Assembly (NCBI GenBank): GCA_965205265.1
Contig: CBDBGH010000003.1
Location: forward strand, 3,072,001-3,136,000
Source of the DNA: Alphaproteobacteria bacterium
GTDB lineage: Bacteria; Pseudomonadota; Alphaproteobacteria; Bin95
Direction: 5' to 3'
DNA length: 64,000 nt
The translations under genes were made by a program, and so were the position numbers. Under the pieces are notes generated by a model, which saw nothing but the letters and a program-made list of their open reading frames with translations, had not been told where the DNA came from and did no database searches. Shown piece after piece: positions 19,667 through 29,562 of the stretch (position 1 is its first letter; each line of letters starts with the position of its first letter).

Positions 19667-21876
19667 GCGAAGGGGCTCCGGCCGGCGCGTCCCAGGCGCA
19701 GCGCATTGAGCGTGACCGCGATGGACGAGGCCGACATGGCGGCGGCTGCAATCAGCGGCGTGACATGGCCCGCGACCGCGAGCGGCACTGCGAGCGCATT
19801 GTAGGCCGCCGCCAGCGCGAAGTTCTGAAACACGAGCCGCCGCGCCCGGCGCGCGGTCCGGATGGCGAGCGCAACGCTCTCCAGCCTTTCGCCCTGGAAG
19901 ACGATATCCGCCGCCGTCTGGGCGAGATCGGCGCCCGCCGCGGGCGAAATCGAGGCGTCGGCGCCGGCGAGCGAGGGCGCATCGTTCAGCCCGTCGCCCA
20001 CCATCAGCACGCGGCGGCCCGCCTGTTTCAGCGCATCCAGCCGGGCGAGCTTGTCGGCAGGGCGGGCCCCGGCCTTCCAGGCGTCGATACCAAGGCTTTC
20101 GGCGGCGCTTCGGACCGCAGGCGCCCGGTCGCCCGAGAACAGCTCGACGGCGAAGCCCTGCCGCTTCAGCCATTTTACGAAGGCCGCTGCATCGGGGCGG
20201 AGGCGGTCGGCGAAGCAGAACCGCACCGGCTCCCGGCCCGGGCGGCGAAGCCACAATTCCGGCCCGTCCGCACTGTCGCCGCCCGAGCCGGAAACCCCGC
20301 ACCAGGCGCGGTTGCCGAGCCGGACCTCGTTCTCCCCGGACCCGGCGGCGAGGCCCATCGCCACCTCCTCGCGCACATCCTCGCGGACCGGCGCGGGGCC
20401 GGCGGCCCTGAGCACCGAGCGGCAGAGCGGATGCCGGCTTGCGCCCGCCAGCGACGCCGCCAGCGACAGGTCCTCGTCCCGCAGCGCGTCCCGGCCGGTG
20501 ATTTCGGGGCGCCCGAAGGTGAGCGTGCCCGTCTTGTCGAGAAGAACGGTATCGACCGCGGCGAGGCGCTCCAGCGCGTCGCCGGCCTTGACCAGGACAC
20601 CGTCTCTCAGCAGCCGGTTGCAGGCGACGACCTGCACGGCCGGCACGGCGAGCCCGAGCGCGCAAGGACAGGTGATGATGAGCACGGCGACGCCGATCAG
20701 CAGCGCATCGCGAAACGGCAGCCCGCCGAAGCCCCACCAGCCGGCAAAGGCAAGCAGCGCCAGCCCATGCACGACGGGCGCGTAAAGCCGGGCCGCCCTG
20801 TCGGCGAGGCGCACATAGGCCGCCCGCCCCTGCTCGGCGGCTTCCGCGAGCCGCACGATCTCGTTGAGCAGCGTGCCGTCGCCGGCGGCTGTGGCGGCGA
20901 GCGTCACGGGATCGCCTGCATTGACCGTCCCGGCATAGACCCTGTCTCCCGGCATGGCGGCCTCGGGCACCGCCTCGCCGGTCAGCAGGCTGCGGTCGAT
21001 GACCGTCCGGCCCGAAAGGATGTCGCCGTCCACCGGAATCCGCTCTCCGGCCGCGACCAGCACCCTGGCTCCGGGCCGGACCGCATGGGCCGGAACGAAT
21101 TCGCGCACCCCGTCCGGGCGCAGCACAGTCGCCGGCTGCGCGGCGAGCGCCGCGAGGTTCTCCGCCGTGGAGCGCATCGCGCCGCGCGTCCTCAGGTCGA
21201 GATAGCGGCCGACCAGCAGGAAGAACAGCAGCATGAGCGCGGCGTCGAAATACACGTCCGGCCGCGCGGCCAGCAGCTCGGCGAGGCTGATCGCGGCGGT
21301 GACGCAGACCGCCACCGAAATCGGCAGGTCCATATTGACGCGCCGCGCGGCCAGCGCCCCGGCCGCGGAGCGGAAGAACGGCAGGCCCGCATAGGCGATC
21401 GCCGGCAGCGCGACGAGCGCCGATATCCAGTGCATGAGCGCCCGCGTGCTCTCCGCCATGCCGGAAGGGCCGCCGGCCCAGACCGCGATGGAGAGCAGCA
21501 TCACGTTTCCCGCGGCGAAACCGGCGACCGCAAGCGCGCGCAGCAGGCCGGCCTCTTCCTGCCGGCCCGCGCTGGAAAACGCCGCCGGGCTGTAGGGCAC
21601 CGCCGGATAGCCTAGCCGGTCGAGGGACTCCACCAGAGCTCCGGGATCGGCCGCGCCGTCGCGCCAGGCAAGGCGCAGCCTGCGGGCCGTGAGGTTCACC
21701 CGCGCATCGACGACGCCCGGCTCGGCGCGCATGGCGCTCTCGACGGTGGCGATGCACTGCGCGCAATGCACGCCGTTCACCAGCAGGTTGAGCGACGCCG
21801 TGCCATTCCCGTCCCGCTCGACGAAGGCCGACAGGTCGTCGGCCGGGGCGGCGGGCGTTTCGGCGGTCACGCTCAC
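19663..21876 (-). CDS. ccoI: Copper P1B-type ATPase CcoI/FixI
   Basis: HCAQC metal-binding site, TGE, ITCPCALG, DKTGTLT, GDGLND; GTG start overlaps the ccoH stop. Confidence 0.93.
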   Translation of the reverse strand: MSVTAETPAAPADDLSAFVERDGNGTASLNLLVNGVHCAQCIATVESAMRAEPGVVDARVNLTARRLRLAWRDGAADPGALVESLDRLGYPAVPYSPAAFSSAGRQEEAGLLRALAVAGFAAGNVMLLSIAVWAGGPSGMAESTRALMHWISALVALPAIAYAGLPFFRSAAGALAARRVNMDLPISVAVCVTAAISLAELLAARPDVYFDAALMLLFFLLVGRYLDLRTRGAMRSTAENLAALAAQPATVLRPDGVREFVPAHAVRPGARVLVAAGERIPVDGDILSGRTVIDRSLLTGEAVPEAAMPGDRVYAGTVNAGDPVTLAATAAGDGTLLNEIVRLAEAAEQGRAAYVRLADRAARLYAPVVHGLALLAFAGWWGFGGLPFRDALLIGVAVLIITCPCALGLAVPAVQVVACNRLLRDGVLVKAGDALERLAAVDTVLLDKTGTLTFGRPEITGRDALRDEDLSLAASLAGASRHPLCRSVLRAAGPAPVREDVREEVAMGLAAGSGENEVRLGNRAWCGVSGSGGDSADGPELWLRRPGREPVRFCFADRLRPDAAAFVKWLKRQGFAVELFSGDRAPAVRSAAESLGIDAWKAGARPADKLARLDALKQAGRRVLMVGDGLNDAPSLAGADASISPAAGADLAQTAADIVFQGERLESVALAIRTARRARRLVFQNFALAAAYNALAVPLAVAGHVTPLIAAAAMSASSIAVTLNALRLGRAGRSPFA

Positions 21877-22385
21877 CGCGTCACCAGGATTTCGTCTTCG
21901 GCCCGGAAGCGGCGCCCGGCCCCGTCCCGCAGCTCGATGACGACCCTCCAGCGGCCCGCCGCGAGAGGCGGGCCCGCGGCCTCGTAGAGTCCGGGCGCGG
22001 TCTCGACGATGTCCAGAGTGCGGTCCTCGGAATCGCTGGCCGGACGCCCGATCTGCGCCGCGCCGGAGAGCCCGGCCACGGCCGCGCCGGCGGCGTCGCG
22101 CAGATGCAGCCGGACGGTTCCGCTCTCCTCCCGGACTTCGGCGCGCCAACCGAGCGCCTGCTGGCGTTCGGCGCGCTCCAGCACCCGGTTGTACTCGAGC
22201 CCCTCGCGATAGGCGTCGCGCGCGGTCGTGCCGGGGTGGGAGGTCAGCGAGAAATAGATGAACGCGCCGTTGACGGCGAAGACCAGGAAGAAGAACCCGA
22301 GCAGCATCGCCAATACGCGCCGGCCCGTAAGTGCACCGGGCTGCCGGCCGGGCGCATCGCTCCTCTTTGCCGACCGGACGCTCAC
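21873..22385 (-). CDS. ccoH: FixH/CcoH family protein
   Basis: LTGRRVL...FFLVFAVN, AYREGLEYN, LGW; position in the ccoGHIS cluster. Confidence 0.9.
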   Translation of the reverse strand: MSVRSAKRSDAPGRQPGALTGRRVLAMLLGFFFLVFAVNGAFIYFSLTSHPGTTARDAYREGLEYNRVLERAERQQALGWRAEVREESGTVRLHLRDAAGAAVAGLSGAAQIGRPASDSEDRTLDIVETAPGLYEAAGPPLAAGRWRVVIELRDGAGRRFRAEDEILVTR

Positions 22386-23863
22386 TCGGCCCGCCGGAAT
22401 GTCGTGGCATGCGCGAAGCGCTCGCCCGTCGCCAGGTCGGCAGCCACGATGTCGAACGGCGTCACCGCCTCCGGCGTCGCCGAGAGCGGCGCGGCCACAT
22501 AGAGGCGCAGCGTGCGGAGCCGGTCGGGCCCGACGGGAACATCGTCGCTGCTGCCGCCCACCGCGGAAAGAACGGCACCGGGCAATCCTTCCGCCAGGAT
22601 GCGGAAACGGCGCGTCTCATGCCGTTTGTTCTGGAGCTTGACCGTGTAGCCGTTGCGGAAGCTGCCGTCGGAAAGCTGCACGAACAGCGGGTTGCGGTCC
22701 CGCAACACGGCGATGTCCGTATCGCCGCGCGAGAGCAGGGTTGCCAGCATGACGGCGCCGACCAGCACTATCGACACGCCATAGAGCAGGGTGCGCGGGC
22801 GCAACAGGCGCAGGCGCCGCCAGGTAGGCCGCACGGCGCCGTCCGCCGACGGGCCGGCGAGCCCTGCCACGGTGTCGTAGGCGATCAGGCCGCGCGGCCG
22901 GCCGACCCGGTCCATGATGTCGTTGCACGCATCGACGCAGAGCGCGCAGTTGATGCATTCGAGCTGGTTGCCGTCGCGGATGTCGATTCCCATCGGGCAG
23001 ACGGCGACGCAGGTCCTGCAGTCCACGCAGTCGCCGCGGCCCTCCCAGCTCTGGCCCCTCTTGTGGGAACCGCGCGGCTCGCCCCGCTCGCGGCGATAGG
23101 TCACCAGCATGGAATGCTCGTCCAGCATCGCGCCCTGTATGCGCGGCCAGGGGCACATGAAGGTGCAGACCTGCTCCCGCGCATGGCCGGCCAGCAGGTA
23201 GGTGGTGCCGGTCAGGAGCCCGATGAACAGGTAGGACACCGTCGGCGCTTCGAACCGGGCGAGGTCGGCGGCAAGCGTCGGCGCGTCCGCGAAGTAGAAC
23301 ACCCACGCGCCCCCGGTGGCGACCGCGATCAGCAGCCAGGCCCCGTGTTTGGCCGCGCGTCTGGCCAGCTTTCTCCCGGTCCAGGGCGCCCGGTCGAGGC
23401 GCATCTGGGCGTTGCGGTCGCCGTCTATGCGCCGCTCGACCCACATGAACAGGTCTGTCCAGACCGTCTGGGGACAAGCGTATCCGCACCAGACGCGGCC
23501 GGCGATGCCGCTCACCAGGAACAGGATAAGCGCGGCCAGGACGAGCAGGCCGGAAATGAAATAGACCTCCTGCGGCCAGATCTCGATGAAGAAGAAGTAG
23601 AAGCGCCGGCCGGGGAAGTCGATCAGCACCGCCTGGTCGGGCGCGTTCGGGCCGCGGTCCCATCTGAGCCAGGGCAGGACGTAGTAGAGGCCGAGAATGG
23701 CGGCGAGCGCGGCCCACTTCACCGTCCGGTAGCGCCCGGAGACCGCGCGCGGGAAAATCTTTGCCCGTTTTTCGTAGAGCGGGCGGCGCTCTGCAGCGTT
23801 TACCGGCTCGGCGTCGATCCTGCCGACATCGGCGGTCTCAGGCTGGGCTGGCGCTGCATTCAT
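22382..23863 (-). CDS. ccoG: Cytochrome c oxidase accessory protein CcoG/FixG
   Basis: GRVWCGYACPQT, CTFMCPW, CVDCRTCVAVCP, CINCALCVDAC. Confidence 0.95.
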   Translation of the reverse strand: MNAAPAQPETADVGRIDAEPVNAAERRPLYEKRAKIFPRAVSGRYRTVKWAALAAILGLYYVLPWLRWDRGPNAPDQAVLIDFPGRRFYFFFIEIWPQEVYFISGLLVLAALILFLVSGIAGRVWCGYACPQTVWTDLFMWVERRIDGDRNAQMRLDRAPWTGRKLARRAAKHGAWLLIAVATGGAWVFYFADAPTLAADLARFEAPTVSYLFIGLLTGTTYLLAGHAREQVCTFMCPWPRIQGAMLDEHSMLVTYRRERGEPRGSHKRGQSWEGRGDCVDCRTCVAVCPMGIDIRDGNQLECINCALCVDACNDIMDRVGRPRGLIAYDTVAGLAGPSADGAVRPTWRRLRLLRPRTLLYGVSIVLVGAVMLATLLSRGDTDIAVLRDRNPLFVQLSDGSFRNGYTVKLQNKRHETRRFRILAEGLPGAVLSAVGGSSDDVPVGPDRLRTLRLYVAAPLSATPEAVTPFDIVAADLATGERFAHATTFRRAE

Positions 23864-23931
23864 CGCTGCATACCCGATTCGGAGAGCAACTCCCCATGCG
23901 CCGGCATGGAGCCGGCGCCGCCGGAAGGCGG

Positions 23932-24795
23932 CTAGGTGCCGCCGCCCAGCGAATGGACGTAGATCGCAAGCTGCTTGATGGTCTCGGGCGGCAGCCGGCC
24001 GCCCCAGTTCGGCATCACGCCGCCGCGCGAGTTCTCGACCTGTGCCCGGACCGCCTCGTAACTGCCGCCATAGAGCCAGATCGCGTCGGTCAGATCGGGA
24101 CCGCCCAGCTCCACGATGCCCTTGCCGTCTTCGCCGTGGCAGGTGGCGCATTCCTCGGCGAAGAGCTCGGCGCCTTCGCCCTCCGCCGCCGCGCCTTCAA
24201 CGGAAGACAGCGACATCGTATAGCGGACCACCGCCTCTATCTGTTCGGGTTCGAGAAGCTCGTCGCGGCCATAGGCCGGCATTTCGTTGAATCTCGCGTC
24301 CTCGTCGCTTTCGTTGCGAATTCCATGCCGGATCGTGAAGGCGATCTCCTCCAGACTGCCGCCCCAAAGCCAGTCGTCGTCGTTGAGGTTGGGATATCCG
24401 ACAGAGCCCTCCGCACCCGAGCCATGGCACTGGGAACAGTTGACGGCGAATGCCGACCGACCGCCGGCAAGCGCAAAGGACAGGAGTTCGGGATCGGCCC
24501 GGATCTCCTCGAGAGACGCCTCGGCAATCCGCTCCAGATGTTGCGCCTGCATCGCGCGGCTGTCGGCGATCCGCTCCGCCAGGACGGCGCGCTGCGAATA
24601 GCCGAGCAGGCCCCGCGTATGGTCCTCGATCAGAGGCCAGGCCGGCATGGCGATCCAGTAGCCTATGGACCAGATCACGGTGGCGTAGAAGGTCCAGAGC
24701 CACCAGCGCGGCAGCGGCTTGTTGAACTCGGTGATGCCGTCCCATTCATGCCCGGTGGTCGGGACGTCATCGGAGGGGCCGCCGCTCCCGACCAT
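23932..24795 (-). CDS. ccoP: cbb3-type cytochrome c oxidase subunit III
   Basis: TGHEWDGITEFNKPLPRWW; two CxxCH motifs. Confidence 0.96.
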   Translation of the reverse strand: MVGSGGPSDDVPTTGHEWDGITEFNKPLPRWWLWTFYATVIWSIGYWIAMPAWPLIEDHTRGLLGYSQRAVLAERIADSRAMQAQHLERIAEASLEEIRADPELLSFALAGGRSAFAVNCSQCHGSGAEGSVGYPNLNDDDWLWGGSLEEIAFTIRHGIRNESDEDARFNEMPAYGRDELLEPEQIEAVVRYTMSLSSVEGAAAEGEGAELFAEECATCHGEDGKGIVELGGPDLTDAIWLYGGSYEAVRAQVENSRGGVMPNWGGRLPPETIKQLAIYVHSLGGGT

Positions 24796-24797
24796 GG

Positions 24798-24947
24798 TCA
24801 GTCCTCCTTGAGCGGAATGCGCGCCGCATCCCGGAACTTGGCGCGGTTGCGCGGCCAGAGCGCATAGGCGACGGCGGCAAGGAACAAGATGACGAGCGCC
24901 ACCAGCCCCCAGGTGGCGGCGAAGGTGCGAACCGATTCGTAATCCAT
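24798..24947 (-). CDS. ccoQ: cbb3-type cytochrome c oxidase subunit CcoQ
   Basis: 49 aa MDYESVRTFAATWGL...ALWPRNRAKFRDAARIPLKED between ccoO and ccoP; absent from the ORF track. Confidence 0.9.
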   Translation of the reverse strand: MDYESVRTFAATWGLVALVILFLAAVAYALWPRNRAKFRDAARIPLKED

Positions 24948-24960
24948 GATCCGGTCCTCC

Positions 24961-25695
24961 TCAGCGGAGCGCTTCGCCCTCGGCGCGGTAGGCGTCGAAA
25001 TCCACCAGCGTGCCGAGCATTTGCAGATAGGCGATCAGCGCGTCCATTTCGGAAACCATGTCGGGATTGCCGTCGAAATCGCGGACCTGGGCCTTGGGAT
25101 AGCGCTCCATGACGGCCTCCGCCCCGTCCGACTCCGGGTCCGCCTGCGCTTCGGCATCCGCGCGCGCATTCGCGAGCATCTCTTCCGTATAGGGCACGCC
25201 CAGCGCGGCATTGGCGCGGAGGTCGGCCTCGATGGCGTCGAGGTCGGCCGCGCGTTCCATCAGGAAAGCGTAGCCCGGCATGATCGATTCCGGCACCACG
25301 CTCTTCGGGCGGATCAGATGTTCGCGGTGCCAGTCGTCGGAATAGCGCCCGCCGACGCGGGCGAGGTCCGGCCCGGTCCGCTTCGACCCCCACTGGAACG
25401 GGCGGTCGTACATGCTCTCCGCCGCCAGGCTGTAATGCCCGTAGCGGTCCACCTCGTCGCGCAGCGAGCGCACCATCTGCGAGTGGCAGTTGTAGCAGCC
25501 CTCGCGGACATAGATGTTGCGCCCGGCCAGTTCGAGCGGAGAGTAGGGCCGCATGCCGCGGACCTTCTCTATCGTGCTGTCGAGATAGTAGAGCGGCACG
25601 ATTTCCACGAGCCCGCCGATCGACACGACGACCAGCGTCAGAACCAGCATGAGGATCGAGTTTCTCTCGATGGTCCGGTGGCCGAATTTCGCCAT
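24961..25695 (-). CDS. ccoO: cbb3-type cytochrome c oxidase subunit II
   Basis: [25 protein letters not shown]. Confidence 0.97.
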   Translation of the reverse strand: MAKFGHRTIERNSILMLVLTLVVVSIGGLVEIVPLYYLDSTIEKVRGMRPYSPLELAGRNIYVREGCYNCHSQMVRSLRDEVDRYGHYSLAAESMYDRPFQWGSKRTGPDLARVGGRYSDDWHREHLIRPKSVVPESIMPGYAFLMERAADLDAIEADLRANAALGVPYTEEMLANARADAEAQADPESDGAEAVMERYPKAQVRDFDGNPDMVSEMDALIAYLQMLGTLVDFDAYRAEGEALR

Positions 25696-25707
25696 CGCCG
25701 GGCCTCC

Positions 25708-27339
25708 CTATGCGGTCGCCGGGGCCATTGCGCCCGGCGCCTGCAAAGGTTCCGTTTCGCGGATGTCCCCGCGCGCGGTCCGCCAGAGATTGTAGGCCAT
25801 GATGAAGGCACCGGCGACGAACAGCGCGCCGCCGAGCGCGCGGATCACATAGAAGGGATGCATCGCCTCGACGGTCTCGACGAAGGAGTATTCCAGGAAG
25901 CCCAGCGAATCGTAGGCGCGCCACATCAGCCCCTGCATGATGCCGGAAACCCACATCGCGGTGATGTAGAGGACGATGCCGAGAGACGAGATCCAGAAAT
26001 GCCACTCGACCAACCGGAGCGAATAGAGCCGCTCCCGCCGCCAGACCGCCGGAGCCAGGACATAGAGCGCGCCGAAGCTGACGAAGCCGACCCAACCGAG
26101 CGCGCCCGAATGCACATGGCCCACCGTCCAGTCCGTGTAGTGGCTGAGCGCGTTCACTGCCTTGATCGACATCAGCGGCCCCTCGAAGGTGCTCATGCCG
26201 TAGAACGCGACCGAGACGACCAGCATCCTGAGCACGGGATCGGTGCGCAGCTTGTCCCAGGCGCCCGAGAGCGTCATCAGCCCGTTGATCATCCCGCCCC
26301 AGGACGGCATCCACAGCATGATCGAGAAGGTCATGCCGAGCGTCTGCGCCCAGTCCGGCAGCGCGGTGTAGTGCAGATGGTGCGGACCGGCCCAGATATA
26401 GAGGAAGATCAGTGCCCAGAAATGCACGATGGACAGCCGGTAGGAATAGATGGGCCGCTCGGCCTGTTTCGGAATGAAGTAGTACATGATGCCGAGGAAG
26501 CCGGCGGTCAGGAAGAAGCCGACGGCGTTGTGGCCGTACCACCATTGCGTCAGCGCATCCTGCACACCGGCCCAGGCGATGTAGCTCTTCGGCCCGAAGA
26601 ACGAGACCGGAAGCGCTGCATTGTTGACCAGATGCAGCATCGCGATGGTGACGATGAACGCGAGATAGAACCAATTCGCCACGAAGATATGCGGTTCGCG
26701 GCGCCGTGCGAGCGTCGCCATGAAAACCAGCAGGTAAGCCACCCAGACCAGCGTCAGCCACAGATCGACATACCACTCGGGCTCGGCATATTCCTTCGAC
26801 TGGGTGATCCCGAGCACATAGCCCGACGCCGCCAGAACGATAAACAGCTGGTAGCCCCAGAAGACGAACCAGGGCGCGATATGGCCGGCGAGCCGGGTGC
26901 GGCAGGTCCTCTGGACGACATGGAACGAGGTCGCGATCAGCACATTGCCGCCGAAGGCGAAGATCACGGCCGAGGTGTGTACGGGGCGCAACCGGCCGAA
27001 ATTCGTCCAGGGCAGGTCGAAATTGAGCGCCGGAAAGGCAAGCTGCAAGGCGATCCACAGGCCGGCGGCAAAGCCGACCAGCCCCCAGAATGTCGATGCG
27101 ATAACGCCGGCGCGGACGATGGCTTCGTTGTAGTTCGGCCGGTCGCCGGACAGCATGAGAGCGGGCGCCGGGGCGAGCGCCGCCCGGACTGTCAGCACGA
27201 CAGCAACGATGCAGAAGGCAAGGAACAGAACGCCATGGAATACGAAGCCGGGATCGGCGGCCTGTAACAGGATCAGAACGCCATAGAGCGCTCCGGCCGC
27301 GAACAGGCCGGCCCAAAGCCAGTTGGTTGCCACTCGCAC
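25708..27339 (-). CDS. ccoN: cbb3-type cytochrome c oxidase subunit I
   Basis: [37 protein letters not shown]; GTG start after GGAG. Confidence 0.97.
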   Translation of the reverse strand: MRVATNWLWAGLFAAGALYGVLILLQAADPGFVFHGVLFLAFCIVAVVLTVRAALAPAPALMLSGDRPNYNEAIVRAGVIASTFWGLVGFAAGLWIALQLAFPALNFDLPWTNFGRLRPVHTSAVIFAFGGNVLIATSFHVVQRTCRTRLAGHIAPWFVFWGYQLFIVLAASGYVLGITQSKEYAEPEWYVDLWLTLVWVAYLLVFMATLARRREPHIFVANWFYLAFIVTIAMLHLVNNAALPVSFFGPKSYIAWAGVQDALTQWWYGHNAVGFFLTAGFLGIMYYFIPKQAERPIYSYRLSIVHFWALIFLYIWAGPHHLHYTALPDWAQTLGMTFSIMLWMPSWGGMINGLMTLSGAWDKLRTDPVLRMLVVSVAFYGMSTFEGPLMSIKAVNALSHYTDWTVGHVHSGALGWVGFVSFGALYVLAPAVWRRERLYSLRLVEWHFWISSLGIVLYITAMWVSGIMQGLMWRAYDSLGFLEYSFVETVEAMHPFYVIRALGGALFVAGAFIMAYNLWRTARGDIRETEPLQAPGAMAPATA

Positions 27340-27480
27340 GCCGCACTCCCAACAGATCCGGGAATCCCGGTGGCGGCATGATATCCGGCAGGTGGAACCG
27401 GCTGTCAATGGACCGCGTGGACGCAGGACTTGCCGTCCGGCGACCCGTCTCGCGCGCACCGCCCGCCCGCCGACGCGGGC

Positions 27481-27585
27481 GCTGCTCAGGGTGAGGGAAA
27501 ACAGGAAGGCGGAGTTGCGGGAACTCCCTCATCCCGAATAGCGGCAGAGCTGCGTATCGAGGACTTGTCCTGAGCTTGCCGAAGG
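27481..27585. repeat. REP-like intergenic palindromic element
   Basis: gctgctcagggtgaggg pairs imperfectly with ccctcatcccgaatagc; related to the copy at 60838; also carries gtcctgagcttgccgaagg. Confidence 0.55.
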
Positions 27586-27636
27586 GGACGGCCGGACTGC
27601 CGTTTCAGCAGGAACGGGTTCCGCACCGGCGTCCGG

Positions 27637-29352
27637 TCAGCGCCCCATGGCCCGACCGGACCGGCGCGGGTCGGCGCCGCCGCAGATCAGTCCGGTTTCG
27701 AGATTCGCGCTGATCGCGCAGACGCCGGCAACGGCATCCGAACGGGCGCCGTGCCATTCCACATCGTGGCCCCGCCGGGCGAGATCGGCGCCGGCCTCGG
27801 ACGCGATCCCCTCCTCGACGACCAGGCGTCCCGGCTTCGCTTCGTGGGGCTCGAAGGAATTCGGGTGGCTGTGCGTCGAAAAGCGCGGCGCCTCGACCGC
27901 CGGCTGAATGTCCATGCCGAAGACCAGATGGTTCAGCAGCACCTGCAGCATGCCTTGCGGCTGCGCATCGCCGCCGGGCGCGCCGAACGGCATGGCGAGC
28001 CGGCCCGGCGCCAGCGCGAGAGCCGGGTTCGGCGTCAGGCGCGGCCGCTTGCCCGGCGCCACGGCCGAGGCGTGCCCGGCCATAGCGAAGGACTGCGAGC
28101 CGCGCGAGGACGGGCAGAAGCCGAGGCCGGGAATGGCCGGCCCCTCGAATGAGACGTCGCTCGGCGTGGCCGAACAGACATTGCCGGCGCTGTCCACCGC
28201 GCAGGCATAGGACGTGTCGGCCGCGGCAATCGAGGCCGAACGCTCGACGGGCGGGATGAAGCAGCCCCCTCCATATCCCTCGATGTCGCCGGGCGGCGGC
28301 ATTCCGGGCCAGGCGCGGGCCGGGTCTATGTCCATCCGGCGCACGGCCGCATAGTCCTGCGAGAGCAGGATGTCCGTCGGCACGTCGATGACGTCGGGGT
28401 CGCCGAAATACTTTTCGCGGTCGGCGAAGACGAGCTTGATCGTCTCCGCCAGCGCATGGATGTAGTCGGCCGAGTTATGCCCGAGGGCGGCAAGGTCGAG
28501 CCCTTCCAGAATCCGCAGCATCTGCAGCAGGGCCGGGCCCTGGCACCAGGGCCGGCAGCTATAGACCCGGGCACCTGCGAATTCGACGCTGACCGGCGCT
28601 TCCACCGGCGTGCGGTAGCCGGCGAGGTCGGCGGCGGAGAGCAGTCCGCCGTTCTCTTCGTGATAGGCGGTGATTTTCTTCGCGATGTCCCCGACATAGA
28701 AGGCGTCGCGGGCCGCCCGGAGCCCGGCCCGGCGCCCGCCGGAAGCCGCTCCTTCCTCGTCCGCCATGTATTGCAGCGTGGCGGCGAGGTCGCTCTGCAC
28801 GAGCAGGTCGCCCACCGCCGGCGGCTCGCCGTCCTTCAGCCAGATCGCCGCATTGCCCGGCCACATCCGGTAGCGGTTCCGGTAGCGCTCGATGAACGCC
28901 GCCATCACCGGGTGAACGGCGAACCCCTCGCGGGCATACCGGATGGCGGGCGCGGCGACTTCGGCGAAGGACATCGTGCCGAACCGCGCCAGCGCGGTAA
29001 TCCAGGCATCGGGAGCGGCCGGCACCACGGTTCGCAGAAGCCCGACGGGAATTCTTCCGCCGTGGCGGTCGCGAAACAACTCGAGGCTCGCCGCCCGCGG
29101 CCAGTATCCGAGACCGGCAATGCTGAACACTTCATCGCGCTCGGCGGAATAGACGAGCATCGGGGCCACGCCGGAGAACTGGACCTGGTCGCTGTGGACC
29201 ACGCCAAGCGCAATCCCCGCCGCGACGCCGGCATCGACCGCATTGCCGCCGGCCTCCAGCATGGCCGCGCCGGCTTCGGTCGCCAGATAGTGACCCGCAA
29301 CGCACATATGGCGCCGCGCCATGACCATGGGCTGTTGCGGCAGAACCGGCAT
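27637..29352 (-). CDS. Gamma-glutamyltransferase family protein
   Basis: GGNAVDA, ADREKYFGDP, DTS autocleavage site, PGKRP, PGGDAQPQ, GGADPR. Confidence 0.9.
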   Translation of the reverse strand: MPVLPQQPMVMARRHMCVAGHYLATEAGAAMLEAGGNAVDAGVAAGIALGVVHSDQVQFSGVAPMLVYSAERDEVFSIAGLGYWPRAASLELFRDRHGGRIPVGLLRTVVPAAPDAWITALARFGTMSFAEVAAPAIRYAREGFAVHPVMAAFIERYRNRYRMWPGNAAIWLKDGEPPAVGDLLVQSDLAATLQYMADEEGAASGGRRAGLRAARDAFYVGDIAKKITAYHEENGGLLSAADLAGYRTPVEAPVSVEFAGARVYSCRPWCQGPALLQMLRILEGLDLAALGHNSADYIHALAETIKLVFADREKYFGDPDVIDVPTDILLSQDYAAVRRMDIDPARAWPGMPPPGDIEGYGGGCFIPPVERSASIAAADTSYACAVDSAGNVCSATPSDVSFEGPAIPGLGFCPSSRGSQSFAMAGHASAVAPGKRPRLTPNPALALAPGRLAMPFGAPGGDAQPQGMLQVLLNHLVFGMDIQPAVEAPRFSTHSHPNSFEPHEAKPGRLVVEEGIASEAGADLARRGHDVEWHGARSDAVAGVCAISANLETGLICGGADPRRSGRAMGR

Positions 29353-29440
29353 GGCGGTCCCCTCTTGTCGGTGTTGCTGTCGTCCATCGGAGCGGAAACC
29401 CGCCGACGCGCGACTGGGCGGGCTTGCCGGGGCCGGAAGA

Positions 29441-29516
29441 TGGTGCCGCAGGAGAGACTTGAACTCCCGACCCGCGCATTACGAATGCGCTGCTCTACCG
29501 GCTGAGCTACTGCGGC
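29441..29516 (-). tRNA. tRNA-Thr(CGT)
   Basis: GCCGCAGTAGCTCAGCCGGTAGAGCA-GCGCATT CGT AATGCGC-GGGTCGGGAGTTCAAGTCTCTCCTGCGGCACCA; 76 nt cloverleaf with encoded CCA. Confidence 0.97.
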
Positions 29517-29562
29517 ACGGGCGCGCAAGATAGGCAAGGCGCCCAAGGCTGGCAAGGCGCTG

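Noticed and set aside
27340-27480. FNR/FixK box upstream of ccoN
   Set aside because: Only a TTGAC half-site is present; no TTGAT-N4-ATCAA match was found.
19508-27532. Very long alternative-frame ORFs (for example 752, 921 and 773 aa) over the cco cluster, and similar ones elsewhere in the window
   Set aside because: High-GC shadow frames rich in Arg/Ala/Gly/Pro that overlap well-supported genes; only their ends coincide with real small genes such as ccoS.
29441-29516. tRNA-Thr as an island attachment site
   Set aside because: No duplicate of its 3' end was seen in the window, and the flanking genes look like host genes.
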